A DNA stretch of 62,004 nucleotides, filler included, from Actinomycetota bacterium (GCA_025963875.1; 5 parts of 5 records of this genome joined end to end with filler, not necessarily neighbours in it), one strand, 5' to 3'; shown: positions 10,097 through 19,832, counted from the whole stretch's first letter. Made by a program: numbers and translations. Notes: generated by a model not told the origin, from the letters alone.

Positions 10097-10518
10097 GGGC
10101 CCGCGAGGAAATAACCTGCGCGATCATGCCGCACCGGCCTCCGCTTCGCGCTTTTGACGGCGCTGGCTGCACCCCGAGCAAGTGCTCGAGCGCCCGGGCC
10201 TGGCGGGCGGTAGGCTGGAGCAGGTACTGGAAGGACCGGAACGAAGCCATCGTGCGAACAAGTGCACGGATGGGTCCCGACAGGAAACAGCCTGTTTTGG
10301 CGTCAGGCGGAGAAAATCCGTGGCACGCGGGAGGGGTACCAGCTTGCTGTTGGCGTCAGGCCGGAATCGTTGAGGAGGACGAAGACCGCCGGGCCATCCG
10401 GCGGGGTGTCGGCCCGGCCGTGCGGACCGTGCCGCCAATGGCCTCCAGGTAGCGGCGCAGAGCCAGGGTCCCGTGGGGGCCGCGGCGTGATCGCGCAGGT
10501 TTTTTCCTCGCGGGCCCT
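10096..10518. mobile_element. 423-bp segment bounded by 37-bp imperfect inverted repeats, containing gene relics
   Basis: AGGGCCCGCGAGGAAATAACCTGCGCGATCATGCCGC (10096-10132) matches the reverse complement of 10482-10518 with 2 mismatches. Confidence 0.6.
10165..10250 (-). pseudogene. N-terminal fragment of an IS200/IS605 TnpB-like protein
   Basis: MASFRSFQYLLQPTARQARALEHLL resembles the TnpB N-terminal HTH (xFxYxLxPTxxQxxxL); similarity then stops. Confidence 0.55.
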
Positions 10519-10525
10519 AAGCCAC

Positions 10526-10927
10526 TCAGTCAGCCCTGCCGGTCCGCACCAGGAGGATCAGGCTGACGATGAGGACGGGCAACATGGTGACGTGGTAGAT
10601 GACGTCGGGGACGTCGCCCCCTCGTGCTGTGATGTTCAGGCCGACGAGAAAGCCAAAGATCGCAAAGCTGGTCGCGGCGACGGCGACCGGCCATGCTCGG
10701 CTGCTGGAGCGCAGGACGGCGATGGCGGCAGACCCCAGCACGACGCCGATGACGGCCTCGGCGACGCCGGCGGGGCTGGCATCGAACGGAGGCTTCGAGC
10801 CCGCTGGGGTGTAGCCGGCGAGATGCACGAACGCAGCGACCGCAAGCGTGGCGGCCACGAAGGCCATCAGCAGGCCGATCCGCCGGTCGACCGTGTGGCG
10901 GGGCTGTAGCGATTCGACCTTTGTCAT
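10526..10927 (-). CDS. Small 4-TM membrane protein, unknown function
   Basis: Four hydrophobic helices; AEAVIGVVL motif. Confidence 0.75.
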   Translation of the reverse strand: MTKVESLQPRHTVDRRIGLLMAFVAATLAVAAFVHLAGYTPAGSKPPFDASPAGVAEAVIGVVLGSAAIAVLRSSSRAWPVAVAATSFAIFGFLVGLNITARGGDVPDVIYHVTMLPVLIVSLILLVRTGRAD

Positions 10928-11099
10928 GCCCCCATGGTGACGTGCCGGCATGCCCCTGTCGTCCCCCCAGGGGCGCAAGGTGCCGCACGTCCCCCTGCTC
11001 CCAGGGGAGTACCGCGCGGGGCCCTCGTACCACGGCGGGAGTACGGGAGCGGGCGGATCGAGGGCAAATGTATCCTACCGCTGTGGTATAGTTTAGCTC

Positions 11100-11360
11100 A
11101 TGCCTCGTGGAGACCCGTCACCAAAGCTTGCCATCACAGTCGACCCCGACGTTCATCGGCGCGTGGTCGCAGCGGCGGCCGACGACGGCGTCAGCGTCTC
11201 AGCTTGGATGACGAATGCCGCCCGCCGCGCGCTCCTTGTCCGCGACGGCCTGCAAGCCGTGGCGGAATGGGAAGCCGAGCAGGGGGCGTTCACCGAGGTC
11301 GAGCTGGCCACGGCACGTCGCCGCGTCGCTGATGAGGTCCCCCATTCGACTGCCCTATGA
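11100..11360 (+). CDS. vapB: Antitoxin (VapB-like, RHH-type)
   Basis: KLAITVD...VSVSAWM...EWEAEQGAFTEVEL; ATGA-coupled to PIN gene; TGGTATAGT -10 ends 7 nt before ATG. Confidence 0.75.
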   Translation: MPRGDPSPKLAITVDPDVHRRVVAAAADDGVSVSAWMTNAARRALLVRDGLQAVAEWEAEQGAFTEVELATARRRVADEVPHSTAL

Positions 11361-11734
11361 GCGTCGTGTACGACGCCGGGGTGCTCGTGGCGGCCGACCA
11401 CAACGACCGAACCGTTTGGGCTGATCACCGTGCCCGCCTCGAACTTGGGACCGTTCCGCTGACCACGGCGCCGGTCGTTGCGCAGGTGAGCCGGTCAGTT
11501 CGGCAGGTCCAGCTCCGGCGCTTCCTGCGCGGCTGCGACGTCGTCGCATTCACCGCCGACCAGGCACATGACGTCGGAGCCCTGGTCCGAGCCACCGGAA
11601 CGGCGGATGTGGTTGATGCCCACTTGATCGTCGTTGCGGGGCCGACAAGGGCAACGGTACTCACCGCAGACGAGGACGACCTCTCGCGGCTTGCAGCTCA
11701 CGTTCCGAAGGCGGTTCGGATCCTTCCACTCTGA
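11357..11734 (+). CDS. vapC: PIN-domain toxin (VapC-like)
   Basis: VVYDAGVL, VVDAHL, LTADEDD; APVVAQV has Q where PIN domains often have E. Confidence 0.85.
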   Translation: MSVVYDAGVLVAADHNDRTVWADHRARLELGTVPLTTAPVVAQVSRSVRQVQLRRFLRGCDVVAFTADQAHDVGALVRATGTADVVDAHLIVVAGPTRATVLTADEDDLSRLAAHVPKAVRILPL

Positions 11735-11766
11735 AGCCACCGATTGCGTGGTCGGGACTGAATGCC

Positions 11767-11812
11767 GTCAACTTGAGATTGACATTTTGCTGTCGTCAAC
11801 CTATGGTTGACG
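11767..11812. promoter_or_regulatory. Tandem GTCAAC-N5-GTTGAC-type palindromes upstream of clpC2 (putative autoregulatory operator)
   Basis: GTCAACTTGAGATTGAC and CGTCAACCTATGGTTGACG, 38-83 nt upstream of the start. Confidence 0.7.
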
Positions 11813-11849
11813 ATGTTCCGCATTCCTTCCTTCCCCAAGGAGCATCGGC

Positions 11850-12590
11850 ATGACGAACCCGGTCCGTATGACGAATCCAGTCCGGCTCGACGACCTTATC
11901 GATGCCATCAGGAAGGTACATTCCGATGCTCTCGAACAGCTTTCCGACGCAGTCATCGCCTCGGATCACCTCGGCGAGGTGGCTGACCACCTGATCGGTC
12001 ACTTCGTCGACCAGGCACGACGCTCGGGCGCGTCCTGGACGGACATCGGCAGGGCCATGGGGGTCACCAAACAGGCAGCTCAGAAGCGGTTCGTTGCGAA
12101 GGGCCCAGGCGAACCGTCGGATCTCGATCCCAGCCAAGGATTCAGCCGGTTCACCGAGCGGGGGAGGAACGTCGTCATGGCCGCGCAGAACGAGGCCCGT
12201 GCGGCAGGCAACGACGAGATCTCCCCCGAGCACCTGGTGCTGGGACTCCTGAACGAGCCGGAGGCGATCGCGGCCGGGGCGATCGTCGCGCAAGGCGTGC
12301 CGCTCGAAACCGTCCGGCAGACCGTCACCGCCACGTTGCCGCCGAAGGCCGACCGCGTGCCCGACCTCATCCCGTTCGATGCACGGGCGCGAAAGGCGCT
12401 GGAACTCACGTTCCGGGAGGCGCTGCGGATGGGCCACAACTACATCGGGACCGAGCACATCCTGCTCGCGCTGCTGGAATTCGAAGACGGCACCGGTGTG
12501 CTCGCCAGCCTCGGCGTCGAGAAGGCGACCGCCGAAGCGAACATCACCGCCGCCGTTGCCGCCGCCGTTGCCGCCTCCGATCAGGAGTGA
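11850..12590 (+). CDS. clpC2: ClpC2-like protein (N-terminal HTH plus Clp N-terminal repeat domain, no AAA+ module)
   Basis: DHLIGHFVDQARRSGASWTDIGRAMGVTKQAAQKRF, FSRFTER, GHNYIGTEHILLALL, as in mycobacterial Rv2667. Confidence 0.88.
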   Translation: MTNPVRMTNPVRLDDLIDAIRKVHSDALEQLSDAVIASDHLGEVADHLIGHFVDQARRSGASWTDIGRAMGVTKQAAQKRFVAKGPGEPSDLDPSQGFSRFTERGRNVVMAAQNEARAAGNDEISPEHLVLGLLNEPEAIAAGAIVAQGVPLETVRQTVTATLPPKADRVPDLIPFDARARKALELTFREALRMGHNYIGTEHILLALLEFEDGTGVLASLGVEKATAEANITAAVAAAVAASDQE

Positions 12591-12606
12591 CCTTGGATTT
12601 AGCGGA

Positions 12607-12651
12607 GGCGGTCCCAGAAACCCACCCTATGCGGGGGAAACTGGGACCGCC
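12607..12651. repeat. Intergenic hairpin with AAA/AAA internal loop between convergent genes
   Basis: GGCGGTCCCAG-AAA-inner hairpin-AAA-CTGGGACCGCC. Confidence 0.75.
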
Positions 12652-12671
12652 CAGGGAATGCCCGGTCCTCG

Positions 12672-14042
12672 TCATCCGGGTGACGGGCCCGCAGCCGAGA
12701 TGTCGTAGAGGCGTGCCTCGGAGTCCCCAGCCACCAGGCGGACGCCGGGCCAGCGGTCGAGCCTCGCAGCCGCGTCCCTCCAACGGGTACCGGCCACCAG
12801 CCTCGTCTCGACCATCACCGACCGGACACCCCAGCTCTTGACCGCCGCCATCGAAGCTGGCGCGGGGAAGTCCTGCACGGCAGCGGCCTCAGCGATGTAG
12901 AACGGCGGCACCAGGGAGCCCACGCCGTTGACGATCGGATGGAAGCTCGCCGTCGAGAGGTACTCCTGAATCGTCTCGCGGAAGATGCTCGAGATCATGA
13001 CCGCGCCGGAGCTGTCCCACTCCATGGTCGGGAGGGCAAGGGTCCCGCCGGTGGTCTGAGCTGTCATCCGGTGCACCTCCGTGATGGGTGGGGCATGCAC
13101 GATCGAGAAGGGGGCGTGCACCGTGTCGACGGCGAGGGCGAGCAGTGACAGGCCCACGAGGACCCTTCGCCACGCGGGCTGCGCCGCAGCGAGTACCACC
13201 CCCATGGCGACCGCCATGCCGAAGAGCACCAGGATGAAGAACCGGACCGGGACGCGGATCGCACCGGCGGGCACGAAGCGATACAGGACGTCGTAGGGAA
13301 GCGGGAATCCCGAGGGCGTGCGACCAGCCCTCGGACCAAGCGTCAGGACGAAGCCCCCCAGCGCCACCAGGCTGTAGAACGCGAAGTGGGGGGTCCAGCC
13401 CCTTGAACCCGTTGCGCTCCCCCGGGTCCTGCGACGGACCAGGGCAGTGGCGGCGGCGCAGGCTGCCGCCACGTAGGACAGCGTGAGGAACAGGCCAGGG
13501 AACAGGCCCGTCTTCACGAAGTACGGGTTCGACGACCTGGTGCCGAAATGCTGCGTCATCATCGAGTAGACCGAGTGCGCCCCCGGCCCTCCCGTGATCA
13601 GCGGGGGTACGAGGTAGTCGCTGGGAGACGCCGAGTACCCCAGAACCTCGCCCAGCGGATGGCTGAACTCGGGATGCATCCGGTGAAGGATCGCGTAGGG
13701 GATGAGCACCGGCAGGCTGAGGAGGAGACCGAGGACCACCCCGGCGAGGGAAGGCACCAGGATCCTGGGGGCCCGTCCCCGCTGCGTGGCAAGCTCCCAC
13801 AGGGCCCAGATGGCGATGCCGGCCAGGGTGATGAAGCCACCGTTGATGGACGACCACATCGCCAGCGCCACCACGAGCCCCAGGACGACGGCCAGACGTC
13901 CGAGACGGGGAAGGCGCCAGCGGGCGGACGGGGTGTCGCGGGCACGGCGCGCGGGCGCCCCCACCTCGCGCTCGATCCGCAGCAGCAGGAGGAACGCCAA
14001 CGGCATGAGGTGCGTGGCGAGGACGGTGAGGTGCTGGACGAC
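12672..14042 (-). CDS. Polytopic membrane protein, GT-C glycosyltransferase/YfhO-like (5' truncated by spacer)
   Basis: Many TM helices; YSASPSDYL, PLPYDVLYRFVP...IRVPVRF, IVNGVGS. Confidence 0.65.
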   Translation of the reverse strand, partial: VVQHLTVLATHLMPLAFLLLLRIEREVGAPARRARDTPSARWRLPRLGRLAVVLGLVVALAMWSSINGGFITLAGIAIWALWELATQRGRAPRILVPSLAGVVLGLLLSLPVLIPYAILHRMHPEFSHPLGEVLGYSASPSDYLVPPLITGGPGAHSVYSMMTQHFGTRSSNPYFVKTGLFPGLFLTLSYVAAACAAATALVRRRTRGSATGSRGWTPHFAFYSLVALGGFVLTLGPRAGRTPSGFPLPYDVLYRFVPAGAIRVPVRFFILVLFGMAVAMGVVLAAAQPAWRRVLVGLSLLALAVDTVHAPFSIVHAPPITEVHRMTAQTTGGTLALPTMEWDSSGAVMISSIFRETIQEYLSTASFHPIVNGVGSLVPPFYIAEAAAVQDFPAPASMAAVKSWGVRSVMVETRLVAGTRWRDAAARLDRWPGVRLVAGDSEARLYDISAAGPSPG

Positions 14043-14142
14043 NNNNNNNNNNNNNNNNNNNNNNNNNNNNNNNNNNNNNNNNNNNNTTAATTAATTAANN
14101 NNNNNNNNNNNNNNNNNNNNNNNNNNNNNNNNNNNNNNNNNN
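14043..14142. other. Artificial contig spacer
   Basis: N44-TTAATTAATTAA-N44. Confidence 0.99.
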
Positions 14143-14638
14143 GCACGAACTCGAGCTCGACAACCGGACCACCCTGCTCGACGCCCTTCGGGAGCATCTC
14201 GACCTGACCGGGTCGAAGAAGGGTTGCGACCACGGGCAGTGCGGGGCATGTACGGTGCTGCTCGATGGGCGCCGGGCGAATGCCTGCCTGGTCTTCGCCG
14301 TCGCCGCCCAGGGCCACGCCGTCACCACCATCGAGGGAGTGGCCGCTGGGGGGAGCCTGCATCCGCTGCAACAGGCGTTCATCGAACGTGACGGGTTCCA
14401 GTGCGGGTACTGCACGCCGGGCCAGATCTGTTCCGGCGTGGCGATGCTTGCCGAGGTCGATGCCGGTTGGCCGAGCGCGGTGACCGCCGATGTCGGCACC
14501 GAAGCTGCCGAGCTCGACGAGGCCGAAATCCGTGAGCGGATGAGCGGCAACCTGTGCCGCTGCGCCGCCTACGTCAACATCGTCTCCGCCATTCAGGACG
14601 TCGGCCGATCCCGAGGCGCCCCTCAAGGCGCCGGATAA
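14143..14638 (+). CDS. paoA: Aldehyde oxidoreductase 2Fe-2S subunit (5' partial)
   Basis: KKGCDHGQCGACTV, FQCGYCTPGQ, MSGNLCRC. Confidence 0.88.
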
Positions 14639-14639
14639 G

Positions 14640-15626
14640 ATGAGGGAGTTCGGGTACGAGCGGCCAACCCAGCCCACCGACGCCCTGGCCATTCTCGGCC
14701 GGACGTCGGGCGCACGCTACCTGGGGGGCGGCACCAATCTCGTCGACCTGATGAAGCTCGGCGTCGAGACACCGAGCGTCCTCGTCGACGTCACCGCCCT
14801 GCCGTACGACGTCATCGAAGAGGCCCCCGGCGGCGGGCTGCGTGTCGGCTCCTGCGTGCGCAACAGCGACCTGGCCGCGAACCTGGCCGTCCGGCGCCGC
14901 TACCCCGTGCTCGCGCACGCCGTGCTGGCGGGGGCGTCGGGCCAGCTTCGCAACATGGCGACCGTTGGCGGCAACCTGTTGCAGCGCACCCGCTGCTCGT
15001 ACTTTCAGGACGTCACCAAGCCCTGCAACAAGCGGGTGCCCGGGTCCGGGTGTCCGGCACGTGAAGGCGAGCACCACAACCTCGCCATGTTCGGCGCGTC
15101 GCAGCACTGCATCGCCACGCACCCGTCCGACATGGCGGTAGCCCTCGCCGCGCTCGACGCGGTCGTGCACGTGAGCGAACCTGCGGGACCGCGAGAGGTG
15201 CCGCTCGCCGACTTCTACCGCCTTCCGGGCGACGAGCCTCAGCGCGAGACGACCCTCGACCCGGGGGCGCTGATCACCGCAGTCGAGCTGCCGGCGTTGC
15301 CGCTGGCGGCGAACTCCCGGTACCGCAAGGCCCGCGAGCGAGCCTCGTACGCGTTCGCGATCGGCTCGGTCGCCGCCGCCCTGGACGTCGCTGACGGCGT
15401 GGTACGCGACGTCCGGCTCGCGCTCGGCGCCGTGGCGCCGGTGCCGTGGCGGGCCCACCTGGCCGAGCAGGCCTTGCGGGGCGGGCCGGCCACCGAGCAC
15501 GCGTTCCGGGAAGCCGCCGATGCCGAGTTGGCCGGGGCTCAACCACTGAGGGACAACCGCTACAAGGTGCCGCTGGTGCGCAACCTGATCGTGCGTACGT
15601 TGAGCGACCTGGTGGACGCCTCGTGA
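14640..15626 (+). CDS. paoB: Aldehyde oxidoreductase FAD subunit with 4Fe-4S insert
   Basis: GGGTNLVDLMK, GASGQLRNMATVGGNLLQRTRC, CNKR..GSGC, CIATHPSD. Confidence 0.9.
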   Translation: MREFGYERPTQPTDALAILGRTSGARYLGGGTNLVDLMKLGVETPSVLVDVTALPYDVIEEAPGGGLRVGSCVRNSDLAANLAVRRRYPVLAHAVLAGASGQLRNMATVGGNLLQRTRCSYFQDVTKPCNKRVPGSGCPAREGEHHNLAMFGASQHCIATHPSDMAVALAALDAVVHVSEPAGPREVPLADFYRLPGDEPQRETTLDPGALITAVELPALPLAANSRYRKARERASYAFAIGSVAAALDVADGVVRDVRLALGAVAPVPWRAHLAEQALRGGPATEHAFREAADAELAGAQPLRDNRYKVPLVRNLIVRTLSDLVDAS

Positions 15627-17710
15627 CCACGCTCAGCCGCACGGTCGGTGCCCCGGTCAACCGGGTCGAGGGGAAGGCGAAGGTGACCGGAGAGGCGCGC
15701 TACGCCGCGGAGTTCCCCCTGACCCGGCTGGCCTATGGCTGGGTCGTGCAGGCGACGATCGCCCGCGGCCGGGTCCTATCGGTCGAAGAGGAGGCGGGCA
15801 TGCGGATGCCGGGCGTACTCGCCGTGATCACCCACGGGAACGCCCCACGGCTGCAGGTCGTCGACGACGGTGAGCTGCTCGTACTGCAGGACGAGCAGGT
15901 CCACTACCGGGGCCAGACGGTCGCGCTCGTCGTTGCGTCCACACTTGAGCAGGCGCGCGCTGCGGCCGATGCCCTGCGGGTGAGCTACGCCGCCGAGCCG
16001 CACGACGTCCTGCTTTCCGCCGACCACCCGCGCCTGTACGCGCCGGACCACGTCAACCCGAACTACCCGACCGACACGCTGACCGGCGACGTCGAGGCTG
16101 GCATGGCCCGAGCCGAGGTCACGGTCGACGAGACGTACTCGACGCCAGCCGAGCACAACAACCCGATGGAGCCGCACTCGAGCACCGCTCAGTGGGACGG
16201 CGACCGGCTCACGGTCTATGACTCGAATCAGGGCGCCACCCGGGTGCACCAGCAGCTCGCCCAGGTCTTCGGGCTGGACCGCAGCACCGTCCGCGTCCTA
16301 TCCGAGCACGTCGGTGGCGGGTTCGGCTCCAAGGGCAGCGCCCGCCCGCAGACCGTGCTCGCCGCCATGGCGGCGCGGATGCTCGATCGCCCGGTCCGGG
16401 TGACGCTCAGCCGGCAGCAGCAGTTCTCCATGGTCGGCTACCGCACGCCGACCATCCAGCGGGTGCGTCTTGGTGCCGACCGCAGCGGCCGGCTCGCGGC
16501 TCTCGACCACGAGGTGTTCGAGCAGACCTCGACGTTGTACGAGTTCGCCGAGCAGACGGCCCTGTTCTCCCGGGTCATGTACGCGACACCGAACCTGCGG
16601 ACACGCCACCGCCTGGTTGCCCTCGACGTGCCGACGCCCCGCTGGATGCGCGCCCCCGGCGAGGCCCCGGGCTCGTTCGCGCTCGAGTCGGCGATGGACG
16701 AGCTTGCCGAGGCGTGTGCCGTCGATCCGATCGAGTTGCGGGTCCGCAACGACGCCGCCGTCGAACCCGAGGGCGGTCGCCCATTCAGCAGCCGCAACCT
16801 CGTCGCCTGCCTGAGCGAGGGCGCCTCCCGCTTCGGCTGGGCAGACCGGGACCCGCGACCTGCCACCCGACGCGATGGGCGGTGGCTGATCGGGACTGGC
16901 GTCGCCGCGTCGACCTATCCGGCACGCAGCGCGCCGTCCACCGCCTCGGTCTCGGCCGAGGCCAACGGTGCCTTCGTCGTGCGGGTGACCGCCGCCGACA
17001 TTGGCACTGGCGCGCGCACCGCGCTCACCCAGGTCGCCGCCGACGAACTGGGCGTGCCCCTGGAGCGGGTTGACGTCAGGATCGGTGACAGCGACTACGG
17101 CCCGGCGATGATCGCCGGCGGCTCGATGGGTATGGCGTCGTGGAGCTGGGCGGTGGTCAAGGCATGCCGCCAGCTGCGCGCTGATATCGACGAGCACGGC
17201 GGCGTCCCGGATGGTGGGCTGGTCGCCCGTGCCGACACTGCGGACGACATCGCAGCACAGGCCAACCTGGCGCGGCACGGCTTTGGCGCCCAGTTTGCCG
17301 AGGTTCGGGTGGACGTCGACACCGGCGAGATCCGGGTGCCCCGGCTCCTCGGCGTTTTTGCCGTCGGCCGGATCATCAATGCCAAGACCGCCCGCTCCCA
17401 GTTGATCGGCGGGATGACGTGGGGCCTCTCCATGGCGCTCTTCGAGGAATCGGTGATGGACGCCGAGTTCGGGGACTACCTCAACCACGACCTCGCGGGC
17501 TACCACGTCGCTGCGAACGCGGACGTCCAAGGGATCGACGTGAGCTGGCTCGACGAGCACGACGACCAACTCAACCCGCTGGGCGTCAAGGGCATCGGCG
17601 AGATCGGCATCGTGGGTACGGCAGCCGCCATCGCCAACGCCGTCTACCACGCCACCGGGCACCGGCAGCGACATCTACCGATCCGCCCGGACCGGGTGCT
17701 TTCTCCCTGA
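15623..17710 (+). CDS. paoC: Aldehyde oxidoreductase molybdopterin-binding subunit
   Basis: RVEGKAKVTGEARY, HNNPMEPH, VGGGFGSK, MRAPGE, GVKGIGEIG; GTGA overlap. Confidence 0.9.
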   Translation: MTTLSRTVGAPVNRVEGKAKVTGEARYAAEFPLTRLAYGWVVQATIARGRVLSVEEEAGMRMPGVLAVITHGNAPRLQVVDDGELLVLQDEQVHYRGQTVALVVASTLEQARAAADALRVSYAAEPHDVLLSADHPRLYAPDHVNPNYPTDTLTGDVEAGMARAEVTVDETYSTPAEHNNPMEPHSSTAQWDGDRLTVYDSNQGATRVHQQLAQVFGLDRSTVRVLSEHVGGGFGSKGSARPQTVLAAMAARMLDRPVRVTLSRQQQFSMVGYRTPTIQRVRLGADRSGRLAALDHEVFEQTSTLYEFAEQTALFSRVMYATPNLRTRHRLVALDVPTPRWMRAPGEAPGSFALESAMDELAEACAVDPIELRVRNDAAVEPEGGRPFSSRNLVACLSEGASRFGWADRDPRPATRRDGRWLIGTGVAASTYPARSAPSTASVSAEANGAFVVRVTAADIGTGARTALTQVAADELGVPLERVDVRIGDSDYGPAMIAGGSMGMASWSWAVVKACRQLRADIDEHGGVPDGGLVARADTADDIAAQANLARHGFGAQFAEVRVDVDTGEIRVPRLLGVFAVGRIINAKTARSQLIGGMTWGLSMALFEESVMDAEFGDYLNHDLAGYHVAANADVQGIDVSWLDEHDDQLNPLGVKGIGEIGIVGTAAAIANAVYHATGHRQRHLPIRPDRVLSP

Positions 17711-17909
17711 GAGGAGCCCCCCTTCGGCGGTCATTTCAGTCTTAAAAGCTTGCGTTAGAAGTTGCACTCGATGGAAGGGATCGACGCAACAACACCCCGG
17801 GCCGCTGCCCATTGTGGACGGCTCGGGGAGCCCGGCCCGCGTGCTCGCCCTGGTGGACCGGGCCTGATGCCGGAGGGAAGTCCGCAAAGAACCGGTCCCG
17901 GGTCAGGCC

Positions 17910-17963
17910 GAGGAAAGTCCGCAATCGCGCGTATCCGCGCGAAAGGCGACCAACCTCTGTAGC
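17910..17963. repeat. REP-like hairpin, copy A
   Basis: TCGCGC-GTATCC-GCGCGA apex; its reverse complement matches 42352-42405 at 45/54 positions. Confidence 0.8.
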
Positions 17964-18069
17964 CGACCCGAGGACCCGACCGGGGTGCTCCGCCCCGTCC
18001 CAAAGGGCACCAGACTGTGCCCGAATTTCTCGCCGAACGGCGGCTCCGCGCAAGTAGATTGGAGGCCCA

Positions 18070-19832
18070 ATGGCGGGATTCGTCGGTCGCGGCGAGGTAC
18101 CACGCGATGCCTCAGAGCATGGCACCTCGCGGGCGCGGGCCGCGGGCCTGAGCGAGACCGGCCGTTTCACGACCGGAGCAGTCCCCGGCGGGCTCGCCGG
18201 CATGTTCGGGGCCGAGCCGGACGCCTGGTCCCATCAGGTGGTCCTGGCCCTCCAGCGCACCGCCGGCAACGGCGCGGCCGCCTCTCTCCTCAGCAAGCGT
18301 CCTGGAGGACCTCGGCCCGCGATGGGCCCGACCGTGCAGCGGGCACTCAAGTCGGTGTTCCCCGTGCCCCCGGTCTGGTACCAGCCCTTCGACGCGCTGG
18401 CCAAGAGGTACAACGAGCTACTGGGGATCGCCAGCTGGGCCCTCATGGATGCCCAGGCCAAGCGCCGGGCTGCCCTCGAGAAGCTGGGCCAGATCGAGCA
18501 GGCCCTCTACGCCTGGTTTGCCGAACAGCGAGCCCCCGACATCACGGCCACGCCGCACGGGGCCGCGATGAGCGACCTGCTGAACCAGGTGCAGGCGGAA
18601 CGTGTCAGCCTCGTGGCCTGGGCGATCAGCAAGGACGACGATCCTCCGCTCGCCAACTTCCGGATGCTCGATCCGAGCGAGCAGGATCGGGTGCGGATCA
18701 TCTGGAAGAACCTCGTCGCTGGTAAGGGCATCGCCATCGAAGGTGGAAGAGAGTTCAGGGAACGGGTTCTCGCCGACTTCGCCCGTCTCCTCGAGACCGC
18801 GACGGGCAGGATGGTCACGGGTGAACTCGTGGGCGGACACCAGGTCCTGAGCATCTCGCCGACCACGCTCGCAAAGGGCAAGTTCGGAGCCGGTCCGCTT
18901 GATTCGGAGGCGGAGGGGATCGAGGCGATTCCGGAGCCAGCTGATCGCAGTCGCTATGTCACGCTGGATTTCACACCGGCCATATCCGTAGCGGAGCGGA
19001 AGCGCCGGCTCAACGACGTCCGGGTCAAGCACCCGGCCGCACGTGGGTTCTGCGTCGTGAGCAGCGAGGGGACCCGCTGGTTTCGATTCAACCGTGGAAC
19101 CGGGTCCACCATGACCCTGCCCGCCGATGCACCGGATGCGTCGTTGCATCCTTCCAGCCGGCTGGTGGGCATCCACGGCGAGGAGATCATCGCTCCGACC
19201 TTCGCCAACCTCGGGCACGAGCTGGGCCACGTCCTCCGCTCCCTGCACGGCATCGGTGGGAGCTCTGCGGCTGCGAGGGAATTGGTGCAGCACGCCTTTC
19301 CCGGCGTTGAGGTGGATATGCGGGAGGAAGAGTTCTTCAATATCGACGCCATCGAGAACCGGATCCGGGCCGAGGCAGGCCTGTCGCGGCGCAAGGGCCA
19401 TACCAACTGGGTGGGTCAGGCGCTTGGGCGCTTGCACGAGCTTGCGCAGCGCGCCCGCGAGCAAGCTGAGCGGGGATTGACGCTTGCTGGAGCCCCGGGC
19501 CAGAGCGACGTTCGAGGACGTCTGAGCGAGGTCCTCGACGAGTGCGACCGGCTTGTCGACGCTCTGACCCAGTTTGGCCGGCACGGGGGCGACGCACGTC
19601 CTCTCGATGCGGAGGCAGCGCGCCTGGCCCGGCTCGCCGATGCGCTGCAGGAGCAGGCGCGCGCCGAGACGGCCCTGGTTCCGCCTGCGCCGAGGGGCAG
19701 GGCGAAACCCCCTGACATGGCGTATCTGCTTCTGGGTCTGTCGCCGGGGGCCAGCGAGCGGGAGACGGTCACCGCCTACAAGCGGCTGGCCCTGCAATGG
19801 CACCCGGATCGCAATCCCGCCCCGGAGGCGGG
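18070..19832 (+). CDS. Putative toxin/effector: eCIS-type leader, M91/NleD-like Zn metalloprotease, C-terminal J-domain (3' truncated)
   Basis: LALQRTAGNGAAASLL...VQR; LGHELGH...EEE...ENRIRAEAGLSRR; YLLLGLSPGAS...AYKRLALQWHPDRNP; SD GGAGG. Confidence 0.75.

Noticed and set aside
14043..14142. TTAATTAATTAA palindrome within N runs (also 19833, 27813, 59059)
   Set aside because: Artificial all-frame-stop contig linker, not biological.
17870..18060. RNase P RNA, suggested by GAGGAAAGTCC
   Set aside because: The motif is not followed by the usual continuation, there is no 3' ACAGAA..CGGCTTA element, and it is part of a repeat also found at 42352.
14143..19832. Functional link between paoABC and the protease/J-domain gene
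   Set aside because: They are separated by 360 bp with repeat elements, and nothing suggests co-function.
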